Source of the DNA: a virus
Lineage: Duplodnaviria > Caudoviricetes
Length of the DNA stretch: 64,000 nt
Direction: 5' to 3' (one strand)
Virus record (IMG/VR): IMGVR_UViG_3300028283_000231
Position 1 is the stretch's first letter. Each line of letters begins with the position of its first letter. A model generated the notes under the pieces. That model had not been told where the DNA came from. It did not search any database and worked only from the letters and a program-made list of their open reading frames with translations. This document shows positions 10,307 through 20,617 of this stretch, piece after piece. Made by a program: the position numbers and the translations under genes.

Positions 10307-10738
10307 ATGAAAAAGGTTTACGAGAATTTAACGAAGGAGAATATCAACAAGAATTTGTTTGATGTTGATTTTGAATTTGATGATTTGAATAGTATTGAAA
10401 AACAATTATTAAAGGATTATATAAATAAGATAACTGATAATATGATGGAGTTTGAACTTATGTCTGTTGATAAGACTGTTCAACCACTTGATATATTGAT
10501 CAGATTGAAGAATAATAAATTGACTGGTGATGTTTTGGTTAAAATGAAAGATAAGGATGATCATATTCTTGGTGTTTTTAAATTTAAGACATTAAAAGTG
10601 ACTGAAATTAATAATTTAATTGATTTTGATTTTGGTGAAGCTGATTTTAGAGGAAGTCAGAAGACTCTGACGATAAATTTTATCTACGATGATATTCTTT
10701 ATTCTAATGACGGAAAAGAATATGAGAAACTCACATAA
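10307..10738 (+). CDS. Hypothetical late protein, weakly tail-tube (gp19)-like
   Basis: C-terminal LIDFDFGEAD...LTINFIYD pattern; TATATA promoter at about 10276. Confidence 0.35.
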   Translation: MKKVYENLTKENINKNLFDVDFEFDDLNSIEKQLLKDYINKITDNMMEFELMSVDKTVQPLDILIRLKNNKLTGDVLVKMKDKDDHILGVFKFKTLKVTEINNLIDFDFGEADFRGSQKTLTINFIYDDILYSNDGKEYEKLT

Positions 10739-10797
10739 TTCGAATTTTTAAACTTAAAATTTATATTCACGTATAAATAAAAAAAGAATATTATTTT

Positions 10798-11325
10798 ATG
10801 CAAATACTCATTACACCCGAAGACATTATAAGACGTTGTTTATGGTTGGATTATAAAAGATTTTGTCTAAAGGAAAAAGGCGAAGAAGAATTAAGGAAAG
10901 TTATAGAAGAAAATAAACCAGTCGCTTTAAAGGAAGACGACGCCTATGTGATAGGTTTATTAAAGATTGTAGAAACTCCAAATCTAGTTCACAGACTAAA
11001 AGAGCACATGGATGAAGTATTAAAAATAAGAAGTAATATTTTCAATAATAAGTTGTTCATTATAAAATCAGTAGCTTTAAAAGAAATAGGACAATTCGTA
11101 CAAAGATTCCCAGAAGGTTTTAAAGCTCCTTTTGAATATAAAAAGGGGATAGAGGATTTGAAAGTTTTCTCTGAAAAAATATACGGTGAAGTGGATAGAT
11201 TACCAACTCAAACTTTCCAAAACGGTGATAAAACTTACACATATGTTTCATCTAATAGTGTTAAAAATATAGTGGATGAAAAAGATAAAGAGAAAGAAAA
11301 AGACAAGGTTGAAAAAATACTATAA
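10798..11325 (+). CDS. Hypothetical protein
   Basis: 175-aa ORF after an AAACTTA-N15-TATAAA element. Confidence 0.6.
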   Translation: MQILITPEDIIRRCLWLDYKRFCLKEKGEEELRKVIEENKPVALKEDDAYVIGLLKIVETPNLVHRLKEHMDEVLKIRSNIFNNKLFIIKSVALKEIGQFVQRFPEGFKAPFEYKKGIEDLKVFSEKIYGEVDRLPTQTFQNGDKTYTYVSSNSVKNIVDEKDKEKEKDKVEKIL

Positions 11326-11651
11326 TGGCTAGACTTTTCACATACGGTGAATTACAAAGGTCTGATGTTCAGATTAAAATTTTAGGTAAAGAGATTCCTG
11401 GAACATTTGACAGTATTAGTAATTGGATGGTACTGAACGATTTCGATAAAGGTAAATATTATTTACAATTAGCTAGTCAGCCAAGTGGAATAGTATTCGG
11501 TAAAATATTAGAATTAACAGACGAAGATATAAAAATCCTAGATAATTACGAAAAAAATTATTTCAGATACACCTTAAAAACAGATAATGACGTCACAGTC
11601 GAAACTTACGTCAAGAACAACGATAAATATAAAGATGATTACGCTTTTTAA
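11325..11651 (+). CDS. Gamma-glutamylcyclotransferase (AIG2-like) family protein
   Basis: LFTYGELQ and ILDNYE motifs. Confidence 0.75.
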   Translation: MARLFTYGELQRSDVQIKILGKEIPGTFDSISNWMVLNDFDKGKYYLQLASQPSGIVFGKILELTDEDIKILDNYEKNYFRYTLKTDNDVTVETYVKNNDKYKDDYAF

Positions 11652-12874
11652 ATAGTTCTAAATACTACAGCGTCTTTGAATTTCCAATAAACAATGATTC
11701 CTTGATCAAAAGAATATTTACCAGTCAATTCTTTTGAGTCTGATGCTCTTACTTTTGTTTTAGTTTTCAATAAATCTACATTCTCAATTTGTTCAACTGT
11801 TCTATATACTGGAAGTTCTTTGCCTATTTTATTAATAAGGAACTGATAATAAGATTCTATTATTTCTAATGTACCCAAGCTCCTCTCTAAGAAAGCTTTT
11901 TTCATTTTTGGATAATCTGGACTCTCAAGCGCCTTTTCGTATTTAGCTTTATTTGCCAATAAATCTTCGTGTGTAGATATTTTTTCCTCTAAAAGGAAAT
12001 CCTTATAAGAAAATTCTAAAAGATCCTCTTTCTTAAAAGGCACTACATTTTTTGCTATAACTACGTCTTCGTCGTCGTCCTCTTCTTCGCTAATTTCAAC
12101 TTTTGTATCACCTTCCTTTGGTCCATTTACTGGTATATTAAATCCAGCTTTCTTTTTAGCGTATTCAGATATTTTAATTTCACTAGCACTCATGTATATA
12201 CTAGTTGTAGTTCCATCCTCTTCAAGAAAATCTACCATACAACTATTATCGTTGTCCCATACATTAGTTACTTCACCAACTTTATTATAATATTCACTTG
12301 CTTGATCTACACATAAAACCTTATCACCCATGTTGAAAATAACATCAGCAGAAGGCTCGTCTGACGATGTAACAAATTCTTTTTTAACTAACATAGAATG
12401 CTTACTTTGATTTTTAGAATCATCTTCATCAAATTCAATAAGGTAAGCGTCTTTATTTACTTTCTTAACTGTTCCCTTGGCGTCTTTCCATTCAGTCTTG
12501 CCTTCTACGCCGTTCACAATGACTCTCTTACCTATACTGATATCGTCGTCTGATGTTTCAGTTTCTTTTTTAGGTTCTTTAGGTTTGAATTGATTTTCGA
12601 TATAACTTGATTGTTTTTTAGCTTCTGTTTCTACTGGTGCTGGTTCGTTTTCAAATCTTAATTCTGATTCTAATGCCATTATAGAAGCACCAGATGGAGT
12701 TTTGATACTGTACTCACCTTTGTTAGTTGAAAAAACAAATGCCACATCACATAAAGCGCCTTTATGTATATTATAATAAGATCTATTTGATAAAGGCGTG
12801 AATATAACCTTATCTCCTTTTTTAAATTTAGAGTCTTCTGTCGATTCTTTTATGTAATCAAAATATTTTAACAT
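11648..12874 (-). CDS. Multi-KOW/SH3-module protein with a capsid-targeting-like leader
   Basis: MLKYFDYIKES start; three GD/KRV..V modules; internal FSYKDFLLEE. Confidence 0.65.
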   Translation of the reverse strand: MLKYFDYIKESTEDSKFKKGDKVIFTPLSNRSYYNIHKGALCDVAFVFSTNKGEYSIKTPSGASIMALESELRFENEPAPVETEAKKQSSYIENQFKPKEPKKETETSDDDISIGKRVIVNGVEGKTEWKDAKGTVKKVNKDAYLIEFDEDDSKNQSKHSMLVKKEFVTSSDEPSADVIFNMGDKVLCVDQASEYYNKVGEVTNVWDNDNSCMVDFLEEDGTTTSIYMSASEIKISEYAKKKAGFNIPVNGPKEGDTKVEISEEEDDDEDVVIAKNVVPFKKEDLLEFSYKDFLLEEKISTHEDLLANKAKYEKALESPDYPKMKKAFLERSLGTLEIIESYYQFLINKIGKELPVYRTVEQIENVDLLKTKTKVRASDSKELTGKYSFDQGIIVYWKFKDAVVFRTI

Positions 12875-12876
12875 AC

Positions 12877-13764
12877 TTACAAATTTATTTTCCTTTTCAC
12901 ATTTAAAAATTTCAATATTATAGATTTTATTCCATCTATATTATATACCCAGTCCTTTTCCCACACATGTAACAATTTAATATTATTATCTTTACATCTA
13001 TTAGATTTATTATCGTGATAGTCCAGTTTTCTAAATTTTTCACTATGCCAATATGTTCCATTAAATTCAAATGCTATTTGTAATTCTGGTAAATAAATAT
13101 CTAACTCCAATGGTGGTATTATTTTTCTACTATTTAAAATTATTATACCATTATAATGTGTTTTTATAAAATCCTGCAGTTGTATTTCATATCCGCTTGT
13201 GTGATTATCAACTGGATTACAAACAGTGCACAATATAGTTTTATATTTATTTTTCCTTGTTATAAACACTTTTTTATTGATTCTATATATCGATCCACAT
13301 TTATCACACTTTAAAATATATTCATTTTTATCATAGTCAACATCAATTATATTTAGATTTGAATATTTATCGATCACGAATTTTTTAAAACTTGACCTCA
13401 AAAAACTTTCATTTCCATATCTTTCAGTATTGGTCTTTTTAATTTTTTCTTTTATTTCATCATTTTGAAAAACATTATCAAAACCATATATATGTTTTAC
13501 AGTTTTATCCATTTTGATTTTTTGACAATTCGAACAACAATAGTACCCACCGTTATTAAAACTCAATAAGTATCTTCTATATTGTAATTTTTTTTCTTTA
13601 CCGCAAATATCACATTTAACATTTATAATATGATGACTTGTTGGTAAAAGATGCTCTATCGGAACACTTATCACGTCGTGCTCTTTTACCACATAACCAA
13701 GATCTTTGTAATGTTTTATACAATAATTGTTTATATTAATATCTACGGTTTTATCTATTATCAT
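12877..13764 (-). CDS. Putative homing endonuclease (Zn ribbon + YG-x-x-N repeats + PD-(D/E)xK domain)
   Basis: CDICG...YCCSNC; ELDIYLPELQIAFEFNGTYWHS; KLLHVWEKDW. Confidence 0.8.
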   Translation of the reverse strand: MIIDKTVDININNYCIKHYKDLGYVVKEHDVISVPIEHLLPTSHHIINVKCDICGKEKKLQYRRYLLSFNNGGYYCCSNCQKIKMDKTVKHIYGFDNVFQNDEIKEKIKKTNTERYGNESFLRSSFKKFVIDKYSNLNIIDVDYDKNEYILKCDKCGSIYRINKKVFITRKNKYKTILCTVCNPVDNHTSGYEIQLQDFIKTHYNGIIILNSRKIIPPLELDIYLPELQIAFEFNGTYWHSEKFRKLDYHDNKSNRCKDNNIKLLHVWEKDWVYNIDGIKSIILKFLNVKRKINL

Positions 13765-15209
13765 ATATTAATTTTCCTTATTTGATTCATCATCATTACT
13801 TTTTTGTTAATCTCTTTTTCTTTTGGTTCTTGCTTTTCCTGTTGGTTCTCATTCCATATGAGATTTAGTTTCCATTTGATTCCGGTAATATCGTGTATAA
13901 TCCAATTCTTCATCAAATCCATAAACTTAAGACCGTAAAAAGTTCCTTGCTTTTCACATCTGCCTAACACGTTTGAAAGATTCCCTATTCCAGGGTGTCC
14001 TCCGCTTTTAGCTCCAGCATATTTGAAACCAAATTGTCTTGGTAAAACAAAATTCATTAAAAACCTCGTATATTTATCCAAATCATCTAACACTTCACCA
14101 CCTTTTAAAACTGGTAATTTTTCTGCTGCATCTATATTTCTGTAAGCAGCCAACTGTAAAGAAGCACCATAATCAAGAAGAATAAATTGAATATTCTTAT
14201 CGTGTTTACCAAGTGCCATTTCTATTAAAGCTCTTGCTCTCAAAGCGTTGGCCCAAGTTCCAACTGGTACATATACTAAATTCTTTATAACAACGAAACC
14301 GTCGAATTTAAATTTATTTTCTTCCATATTCCAGTAGAATGTTTCGAAATCTTCGATATTATATATTGTTGGTTTATCATATTGGCCAAGTGTTTTGCCC
14401 ATCATTTTACCTAGTCTTTCTGTTGAATCTGGCACAAATTCGGGTATTGCTTTTAATTCTTCGTCGTCTTCTAGAGGTATTCTGTTTAGTACTCTATGTC
14501 TTATATCTTCTTTATCTGCTCCTCTTTTTACTGATAGGTTATTCAAAGGATAAAGAATTTTAAATAATTTGAATATTTTATATATGGAAAGTGTGCCGTT
14601 GGCTACAACTTCTATAATAGTTCTATAATCACTTCTTTTAACTAATTGATTGAAAGCCCCAGCAAATACAAGTCTTGGGTCTTTTTCTTTCATTATATCT
14701 CTAAGATTAAAATTTAAAATCGTTTTAATATCAACGTTATATTCGTCATATTTTGCTGCGTCAATCATAGATATAACAGACAGAATGTATTTATCTGTTG
14801 GCATTCCAAGAACTCTTACTATTAAACCGTAACATGAGTCACTTTTCATTTTAATAGAAAATTCGCTTTTCTTATATAAATCGCCTTCTTCCATGTGGTG
14901 ATCTATATAGAGATCAAGGTCAGCGTTATCTTCAGCGTAATCAACACAAACATTTATATATGTTTTATCTATCGTTATATCTCTCCAGCCAGATTCGTAA
15001 TCCATTACACAATATCCGCATATAGTAAATCCTCTATTAGATAAATATTCTTTCATCGCTATCGCGCTGAATATGCCATCCATGTCATTGTGTGTGTAAA
15101 TTATAACATCCTTATCACGTTTGCCTTTCTTCTTCCAGTATCCCAAATCATTTGGAAATTTTACAGAAGCCTCTTCATTTAATATATATTCATTAAATTT
15201 TATTTTCAT
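13761..15209 (-). CDS. DHH-family phosphoesterase with a capsid-targeting-like leader
   Basis: YTHNDMDG, CVDYA, IDHH, GGHPGIG; N-terminus MKIKFNEYILNEE. Confidence 0.8.
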   Translation of the reverse strand: MKIKFNEYILNEEASVKFPNDLGYWKKKGKRDKDVIIYTHNDMDGIFSAIAMKEYLSNRGFTICGYCVMDYESGWRDITIDKTYINVCVDYAEDNADLDLYIDHHMEEGDLYKKSEFSIKMKSDSCYGLIVRVLGMPTDKYILSVISMIDAAKYDEYNVDIKTILNFNLRDIMKEKDPRLVFAGAFNQLVKRSDYRTIIEVVANGTLSIYKIFKLFKILYPLNNLSVKRGADKEDIRHRVLNRIPLEDDEELKAIPEFVPDSTERLGKMMGKTLGQYDKPTIYNIEDFETFYWNMEENKFKFDGFVVIKNLVYVPVGTWANALRARALIEMALGKHDKNIQFILLDYGASLQLAAYRNIDAAEKLPVLKGGEVLDDLDKYTRFLMNFVLPRQFGFKYAGAKSGGHPGIGNLSNVLGRCEKQGTFYGLKFMDLMKNWIIHDITGIKWKLNLIWNENQQEKQEPKEKEINKKVMMMNQIRKINI

Positions 15210-16104
15210 TTAATATATTTTTTATTTTGTTTTCTATATTTTCTTTATGATTTATTCTCACTAATCTGATGTTATTCTCTTTACAATAGATGTTTTTTAT
15301 TTCATCATGGTTTTTGATAATTTCAAAATATTTAGTTCCTCCAAATATCTTCACTGGTCTTGAATGTTGTTTACCATCAAACTCTATGCAGATATTTTGT
15401 TCTGGTAGATAAAAATCAAATGGTAATTTTAATTTATCTTTACATTTTTCAAAAGTATATTGTGAATGGTGTCTTATATTATATTTTTCTAATAACAACT
15501 TAACTTTATTTTCTCCTTTACTTTTTTTACAAAACGGACACCCTTTTCCATCGTATATATGAGAAGATGCAGTTTGCTCAAATGGTCCGTGTTTAGGACA
15601 AATAATTTTTACTTTTTTCTGCGAATTGATGTATTCCACTAAAGAGTAGTCATACTTATTATAATGAACTTTTTGTGATTTCCCGATAAATTCTTTATCA
15701 GTCAATTTTTTTGTCATAGAACATTTCGAACATCCACATCCTTTTAAATGATTACTTGGTGATTGCTCAAATATACCATGTTCGTTACAGACAATTTTTA
15801 CTTTTCTTTTATTGTTTCTATATTCAACGAAACAATAGTCATACTTGTTACCATGTATCTTTTGTGATTTCTCAATAAAATTAATAGTATTAGACTCATT
15901 ATATTTTATTTTTTCGTCACTACATTTTTTACAAGCGTGTCCATTCAAATGATGACTGGCTCTAATTTCAAATGGTCCGTGGTTAGGACAAATAATTTTA
16001 ACATTTTTTAAAGAACCAATATACTTTACCATAGAATAATCATACCAATCTCCGTGTATTTTTTTAGATTCTATAATAAATTCATGTGTATCGCTTTTAA
16101 TCAT
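15193..16104 (-). CDS. Putative homing endonuclease (three DUF723/CapR-like repeats + PD-(D/E)xK domain)
   Basis: Three repeats of H-x-x-x-YDY...V-KI-x-C-x-x-HG-x-F...H-x-x-G-x-x-C-x-x-C; LPFDFYLPEQNICIEFDGKQH. Confidence 0.85.
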   Translation of the reverse strand: MIKSDTHEFIIESKKIHGDWYDYSMVKYIGSLKNVKIICPNHGPFEIRASHHLNGHACKKCSDEKIKYNESNTINFIEKSQKIHGNKYDYCFVEYRNNKRKVKIVCNEHGIFEQSPSNHLKGCGCSKCSMTKKLTDKEFIGKSQKVHYNKYDYSLVEYINSQKKVKIICPKHGPFEQTASSHIYDGKGCPFCKKSKGENKVKLLLEKYNIRHHSQYTFEKCKDKLKLPFDFYLPEQNICIEFDGKQHSRPVKIFGGTKYFEIIKNHDEIKNIYCKENNIRLVRINHKENIENKIKNILNENKI

Positions 16105-16169
16105 TAAAAGTATTATTTTTTGTTATATATAAATTTTTTATTCTCGTTTTGTAATTTGCCTTTTTTGTA

Positions 16170-17042
16170 TCATCTTATTCTTTCTACTGGTTCTGGTTTA
16201 GAATACGTGCCCCCTTTTCTTTTAAATAATAAAAGTGTTTCAGGTACCCATTTAGTATTACCATCTTTGAATTTAATTCTATATTCTGTAACGTGCATAT
16301 ATGCTTTAAATTCTAATATTTCAACTTCTACTGCGTCAGGTATATATAAACATATATCACCATATTTAAATTTATCGTCTTTGCCTTCATTTAACAATTT
16401 ACCTTTTTTGTACCATCTTATTTTCACTGGTTTTTCTGGTTCTAAATCTTCCATGAAATAAAAATGTTTTCTAGCGTAAGAATCAACATGTCCGTTGTCC
16501 CATTTTATTGTATATGGGAGACCGTCGTATTCTTCCTCATCGTAAGGGTTATAATTTTGTATTACACCACAACCGCTATCTCCTCCTTTAAATCCATAGG
16601 CCTGATTTAGATAATCTTTTGGACAATCTTCTTTCATTTTTACTCTTTTACCAATAAACTCTTTAGATTCGTTTAATTTACCTTTTTTGTACCATCTTAC
16701 TCTTGTTGGTTTCTTATTATCATTGATATATTCATCAATAAAATCAACCCCTTCCATAAAATCGTAACTGTTATAATCATTACCTGGTCCTATTAAACCA
16801 CCTTTTCTACCGTACCCTAAAGCTCCTGGTTCGTGTAATATGAAGCAAAAATCGGGTGATTCATTTTTAAAACAATTATAATCTTTATTCAATGTCTTTA
16901 CTCTTTCTTCCCCCCACGTGAATCCCTCAAAATCCAAAAATTCGGCTATAACATTATAGTCTTCTATACTGTGAATACAAATAATTAATTTAGTTAAACC
17001 ATTTGATGATTCTTTAATATATGTCCAATAGTTTTTCAACAT
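16170..17042 (-). CDS. Three-module late protein with RWYKKGKL-(x)-NE linkers; a possible read-through extension ends at 16113
   Basis: MLKNYWTYIKES leader; two intact RWYKKGKL repeats; a third copy has TGA at the Trp position. Confidence 0.75.
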   Translation of the reverse strand: MLKNYWTYIKESSNGLTKLIICIHSIEDYNVIAEFLDFEGFTWGEERVKTLNKDYNCFKNESPDFCFILHEPGALGYGRKGGLIGPGNDYNSYDFMEGVDFIDEYINDNKKPTRVRWYKKGKLNESKEFIGKRVKMKEDCPKDYLNQAYGFKGGDSGCGVIQNYNPYDEEEYDGLPYTIKWDNGHVDSYARKHFYFMEDLEPEKPVKIRWYKKGKLLNEGKDDKFKYGDICLYIPDAVEVEILEFKAYMHVTEYRIKFKDGNTKWVPETLLLFKRKGGTYSKPEPVERIR

Positions 17043-17117
17043 AACGCTATATATTAAAATTTTTAAACAAAACTTTTAAGGAATAAATTCGTATAAAATA
17101 AAACATTAATTATTGAT

Positions 17118-17900
17118 ATGCCTGTCGTAGATAGAAATACAAATATTACATTCACAATATCAACCGATCAATTATCAAATCTTCTAAAGAAAATAAAAGA
17201 TTTGACTTCAATTGATCAACGTATAGTCATGAAAATAGACGCCAATAACGTTTTATTGTTCTCTTTTGTAGGTGAGACTTTCAAAAATATACACGCCTTC
17301 AAAAGTTACATCTTCTCTCTTGAGGAAGTTTTTACTATTAAAAAAGGCGAACTAGAAGAACCTCTTTTCTTTATAGCAAGAGACGGTAAGAAACTATACA
17401 GAATATTAGAAAATTTCCTTATCTATAAAGAAGAAATAAATTGTAAAATTTCAGCCAACGACGAAAACTACGTTAATTACATCGCTTTCGATACTAAAAA
17501 GATGAGCGAGAAAGTTATTGGTAGTGACCCTATTGCTATTGGTTCTCAGATTAGTATAGACGATATTAATTTCCTTATGAATATTGATAATTCTAAATTC
17601 AATTTCAGATTAGATAGAGCTGATTTCTTACAAATTAAAAAAAGAGGAGTCATAGAAAACGAACCAAAAAGTGTTCTATATATCAACGTAGTTAATAAGG
17701 CGTTAACTATTGGTGAAACCAAATGGCATCTAAACATTTTAGATGAAGTTGAAAGTGAAGATATTATGCTGTCTTTCCCCAAAGCGTATTTTAATACAAT
17801 AAATCCAACAGAGTATATACAGATATACGTATTTGAAGATTTCATACTCGCTAAGTATGACGATTACAATCTCATGATTATTTTAGAAACAACAATTTAA
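17118..17900 (+). CDS. Possible sliding-clamp-fold protein
   Basis: 260 aa with a repeated beta/alpha pattern and FPKAYF near the C-terminus; size fits T4 gp45-like clamps; by-eye only. Confidence 0.45.
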   Translation: MPVVDRNTNITFTISTDQLSNLLKKIKDLTSIDQRIVMKIDANNVLLFSFVGETFKNIHAFKSYIFSLEEVFTIKKGELEEPLFFIARDGKKLYRILENFLIYKEEINCKISANDENYVNYIAFDTKKMSEKVIGSDPIAIGSQISIDDINFLMNIDNSKFNFRLDRADFLQIKKRGVIENEPKSVLYINVVNKALTIGETKWHLNILDEVESEDIMLSFPKAYFNTINPTEYIQIYVFEDFILAKYDDYNLMIILETTI

Positions 17901-17947
17901 ATTTTCATTTTTCCATATTAATATATAGAAGAAAATAAGTTAGAGTT

Positions 17948-18556
17948 ATGACCAAGAATTATAAATCCTTTGTTGAAGCTGCTAAATGGTATAGTAGTCC
18001 TGAGGAATTAGACGCTGAAGAACGTAGAAATAGTTTTAGTGGTTATCACGATTACGATGAAGGTGGCGACGGTGGTGATTACTACGATGACGATGGTGAT
18101 CCCGATGAATATGGCAAAATTCAGGAGTTTCAAATACAATCCGGCAGAGAACCAGATGAAGATATGGAAGAAAGAGAACTTGATTTAGATATGGATTTTG
18201 ATAGAGATGAAGATCCTAAAACCCCAATAAATGTTGGAGAAGAAGTAGTTTATCTCGGTAATACTGGTGGCAGACGTTATCAATTAGGTTCAGTTCATAA
18301 ATTGAGAGAAGATGGTAAAATTGTAGTTAGGTTTGACGATAAGAAACTTGTTGCTGTGAGTAAACCACATCTAAGACATAAACTTAGCGAAGAAGAAATT
18401 GTGAAAAAGAAAGCTGAATTAGAAATAAAAAAACAAGAAAGAAAGACTAAAAGAGCTGAACAAGAAGCTAAGAGATTAGCACAAGAAGAAGAGGCTAAAA
18501 AGAATCCACCTCCAGTAACTGGCGCAAGATGGTGGGAAAAAAATAAAAAAGAATAA
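17948..18556 (+). CDS. Late protein: leader, acidic tract, KOW/SH3 module, coiled coil, RWW tail
   Basis: MTKNYKSFVEA; VGEEVVYLG...IVVRFDD; GARWWEKNKKE. Confidence 0.65.
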   Translation: MTKNYKSFVEAAKWYSSPEELDAEERRNSFSGYHDYDEGGDGGDYYDDDGDPDEYGKIQEFQIQSGREPDEDMEERELDLDMDFDRDEDPKTPINVGEEVVYLGNTGGRRYQLGSVHKLREDGKIVVRFDDKKLVAVSKPHLRHKLSEEEIVKKKAELEIKKQERKTKRAEQEAKRLAQEEEAKKNPPPVTGARWWEKNKKE

Positions 18557-19575
18557 TGGTAAAAAGATATAAACAATTCATCAACGAAGGAGTAGACGAA
18601 AAAGCAAAAATGGACGAACTCCTCGATAAAGGTTTAGAAAATTTAACACCAGATGAAAAGATACTCCTTGATAAACTTAGCAAAGGTGGTACTCTAGATC
18701 CAGATAATAAACCTGGTAATAGTCCTGTTCATCAAGATGATGATGATTTAGATTATCTTAATAAAATGTTAGGAAATCACGCTGATGAAGAAATTCCTGT
18801 TAAACCTGTGGTTAAAGGTGGACCAGTGAATGACGACGGACCAACAGAAGGCGATAGAATTGTTTATTATAAAGAAGGTTCAGAGCACGATGGTAAAACT
18901 GGTATTTTTGCTGGTATTAGAGAAGATGACGGTAAATATAGAATAGTCTTTGATGATAAGAAAAAATTAGCAGCCAACGCTAAAAATGTTTACGCTGCTG
19001 GTACACCAAGACCTGCACCAAAGAAAAAATTACCTGAGGGTTATCATGAAATTCCAGAAGAAAAATTGGGTAGAGCAGAATGGGGACCAGGTACATTCGA
19101 TGTACCAGATACATTCTACGGTGGTAAAGCACCTGAAAAACCAAAATCTAATTTCAAAAAAGGGGATAAAGTTTTATACAAGAACGATAAATCTGAGCAT
19201 AATAACAAACAAGCAACTTTTGTAGAACAAAAAGAAGACGGCAAATTATCAATCAGATTTGAAGGTGGTGGTAAATTGGCTTGTAATCCAAAGAACGTAG
19301 TTCCTTTCTCAATAGAATTACCTAAACAAGATTTTATTATTCGTCTTGGAACAATACCAGAGAATAATTCGATAGGTGCTGGGGTATTCCTTGATAGTGG
19401 TGAAATGTATGACGAACACATTCTAAATCAATACCCAGAGTTACAAAGAATGGGATTTGAAGAACCCGCTGAAGGTGATTTACGTTATAACGGAGATCTT
19501 GATATAGAAGAATTACACATCGAGTTACAAGAGAGAGATTTCAGAGTTGAAGTTGTTAACGGAAATTTATACTAA
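18556..19575 (+). CDS. Late protein: leader, DUF6576-like helical motif, two KOW/SH3 modules
   Basis: MVKRYKQFINEG; MDELLDKGLENLTPDEKILL; EGDRIVY and KGDKVLY modules. Confidence 0.65.
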   Translation: MVKRYKQFINEGVDEKAKMDELLDKGLENLTPDEKILLDKLSKGGTLDPDNKPGNSPVHQDDDDLDYLNKMLGNHADEEIPVKPVVKGGPVNDDGPTEGDRIVYYKEGSEHDGKTGIFAGIREDDGKYRIVFDDKKKLAANAKNVYAAGTPRPAPKKKLPEGYHEIPEEKLGRAEWGPGTFDVPDTFYGGKAPEKPKSNFKKGDKVLYKNDKSEHNNKQATFVEQKEDGKLSIRFEGGGKLACNPKNVVPFSIELPKQDFIIRLGTIPENNSIGAGVFLDSGEMYDEHILNQYPELQRMGFEEPAEGDLRYNGDLDIEELHIELQERDFRVEVVNGNLY

Positions 19576-19603
19576 AATATTTTTTTAGTAAATAAAACTT
19601 TCG

Positions 19604-19611
19604 TATCTTTG
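19604..19611 (+). promoter_or_regulatory. Bacteroidota-type housekeeping (-7 TAnnTTTG) promoter, probably phage early
   Basis: CGTATCTTTGTGTTA 18 nt before a run of small genes; the same element occurs on the - strand at 38105, 50988, 54909, 57498, 58679. Confidence 0.7.
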
Positions 19612-19629
19612 TGTTAGAAAAATACGAAT

Positions 19630-19947
19630 ATGAAAGTACAATCCTATATTATTAAGAAAGAAGTCCTTGTGGATTCAGAATACGAATTACTAACGAACGT
19701 TAGTGGTGCATTCAACGCGGAATCCCCCTTTGCAGTTAAAGTAGCAGATATTAAAGAATGTTTAGAAATTACCAACGATCTAAACACTGGTGAAGAAGTT
19801 ATGGATTGTGCTGGTAGGACATGGATTCCCGACTACGATGGCGATATTAACTTCATGACTAAAATCCTCAAAGAAGCTGAAGGTTGTGAATACATCATTG
19901 TTGAATTTGATAATTATTACGAACTATATACGATTGAAACAGATTAA
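19630..19947 (+). CDS. Hypothetical early protein
   Basis: 105-aa acidic ORF downstream of the TAnnTTTG promoter. Confidence 0.65.
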   Translation: MKVQSYIIKKEVLVDSEYELLTNVSGAFNAESPFAVKVADIKECLEITNDLNTGEEVMDCAGRTWIPDYDGDINFMTKILKEAEGCEYIIVEFDNYYELYTIETD

Positions 19948-19970
19948 TTAACCCCTTAACACTTAAACAA

Positions 19971-20081
19971 ATGGCAAACGAAAAAGTTTACATCGAGATT
20001 GATGGTGAAGTTATCTTTTTGAACCCCGATATGGAAGATGTTATCCGTTGGGCTAATAGTGATTATACAACTGAGGACTAA
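19971..20081 (+). CDS. Small hypothetical protein (36 aa, not in track)
   Basis: MANEKVYIEIDGEVIFLNPDMEDVIRWANSDYTTED; its TAA overlaps the next ATG. Confidence 0.55.
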   Translation: MANEKVYIEIDGEVIFLNPDMEDVIRWANSDYTTED

Positions 20082-20254
20082 TGGAATACATTAAGATTAA
20101 AACTGGTGACGATGTAATTCGTCTTGAGTTTGTTATGAGTGCTGAAGAAATGAAAGCAGTATATAATCTTCTTATAGAACAGCACAAAGATATGATTTCA
20201 TATAAGAAAGTAGCAAAAAGAATGGAAAAACAATTAAAGACTTTAGAAAAATGA
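20081..20254 (+). CDS. Small hypothetical protein (57 aa, not in track)
   Basis: MEYIKIKTGDDVIRLEF...KQLKTLEK; ATGA overlap with the next gene. Confidence 0.6.
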   Translation: MEYIKIKTGDDVIRLEFVMSAEEMKAVYNLLIEQHKDMISYKKVAKRMEKQLKTLEK

Positions 20255-20616
20255 AAAGAATTAAACTTTGCAATTTAGTATTTTTAGGACTTGTTGTCCT
20301 TTCAATGTTTGGATTATTTGCTTCTTGCACTGATCCTGGAACAACTGAAAAATTTACTGGATGTGGTAGTGATAGCGCTAAGATCAAACCTTGTATTATA
20401 AATGGTGACACTTTGGAACTTTATCAGTATTACTACGCCACTGGTTCAGCAATTTGGATTGCTAAATCTAAAAATTATTCTACCACAAATCTTACTTACA
20501 GAGTCGGTAAGCATGACGAATCTGTTATTATTCTGAATGGTGATCCTTATAGGAGAATTCAGGGAACTGTTATTATGGAAAATGATAGTATGGTTTTAAT
20601 CAAGAAAAAACTGTAA
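20251..20616 (+). CDS. Predicted lipoprotein
   Basis: Basic N-terminus, hydrophobic stretch, lipobox FASC. Confidence 0.65.
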   Translation: MKRIKLCNLVFLGLVVLSMFGLFASCTDPGTTEKFTGCGSDSAKIKPCIINGDTLELYQYYYATGSAIWIAKSKNYSTTNLTYRVGKHDESVIILNGDPYRRIQGTVIMENDSMVLIKKKL

Positions 20617-20617
20617 T

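Noticed and set aside
15178-15188. TTTAATATATA copy on + inside the DHH gene
   Set aside because: It is the antisense of the codons for Y-I-L-N and has no plus-strand gene downstream, so it is likely coincidental.
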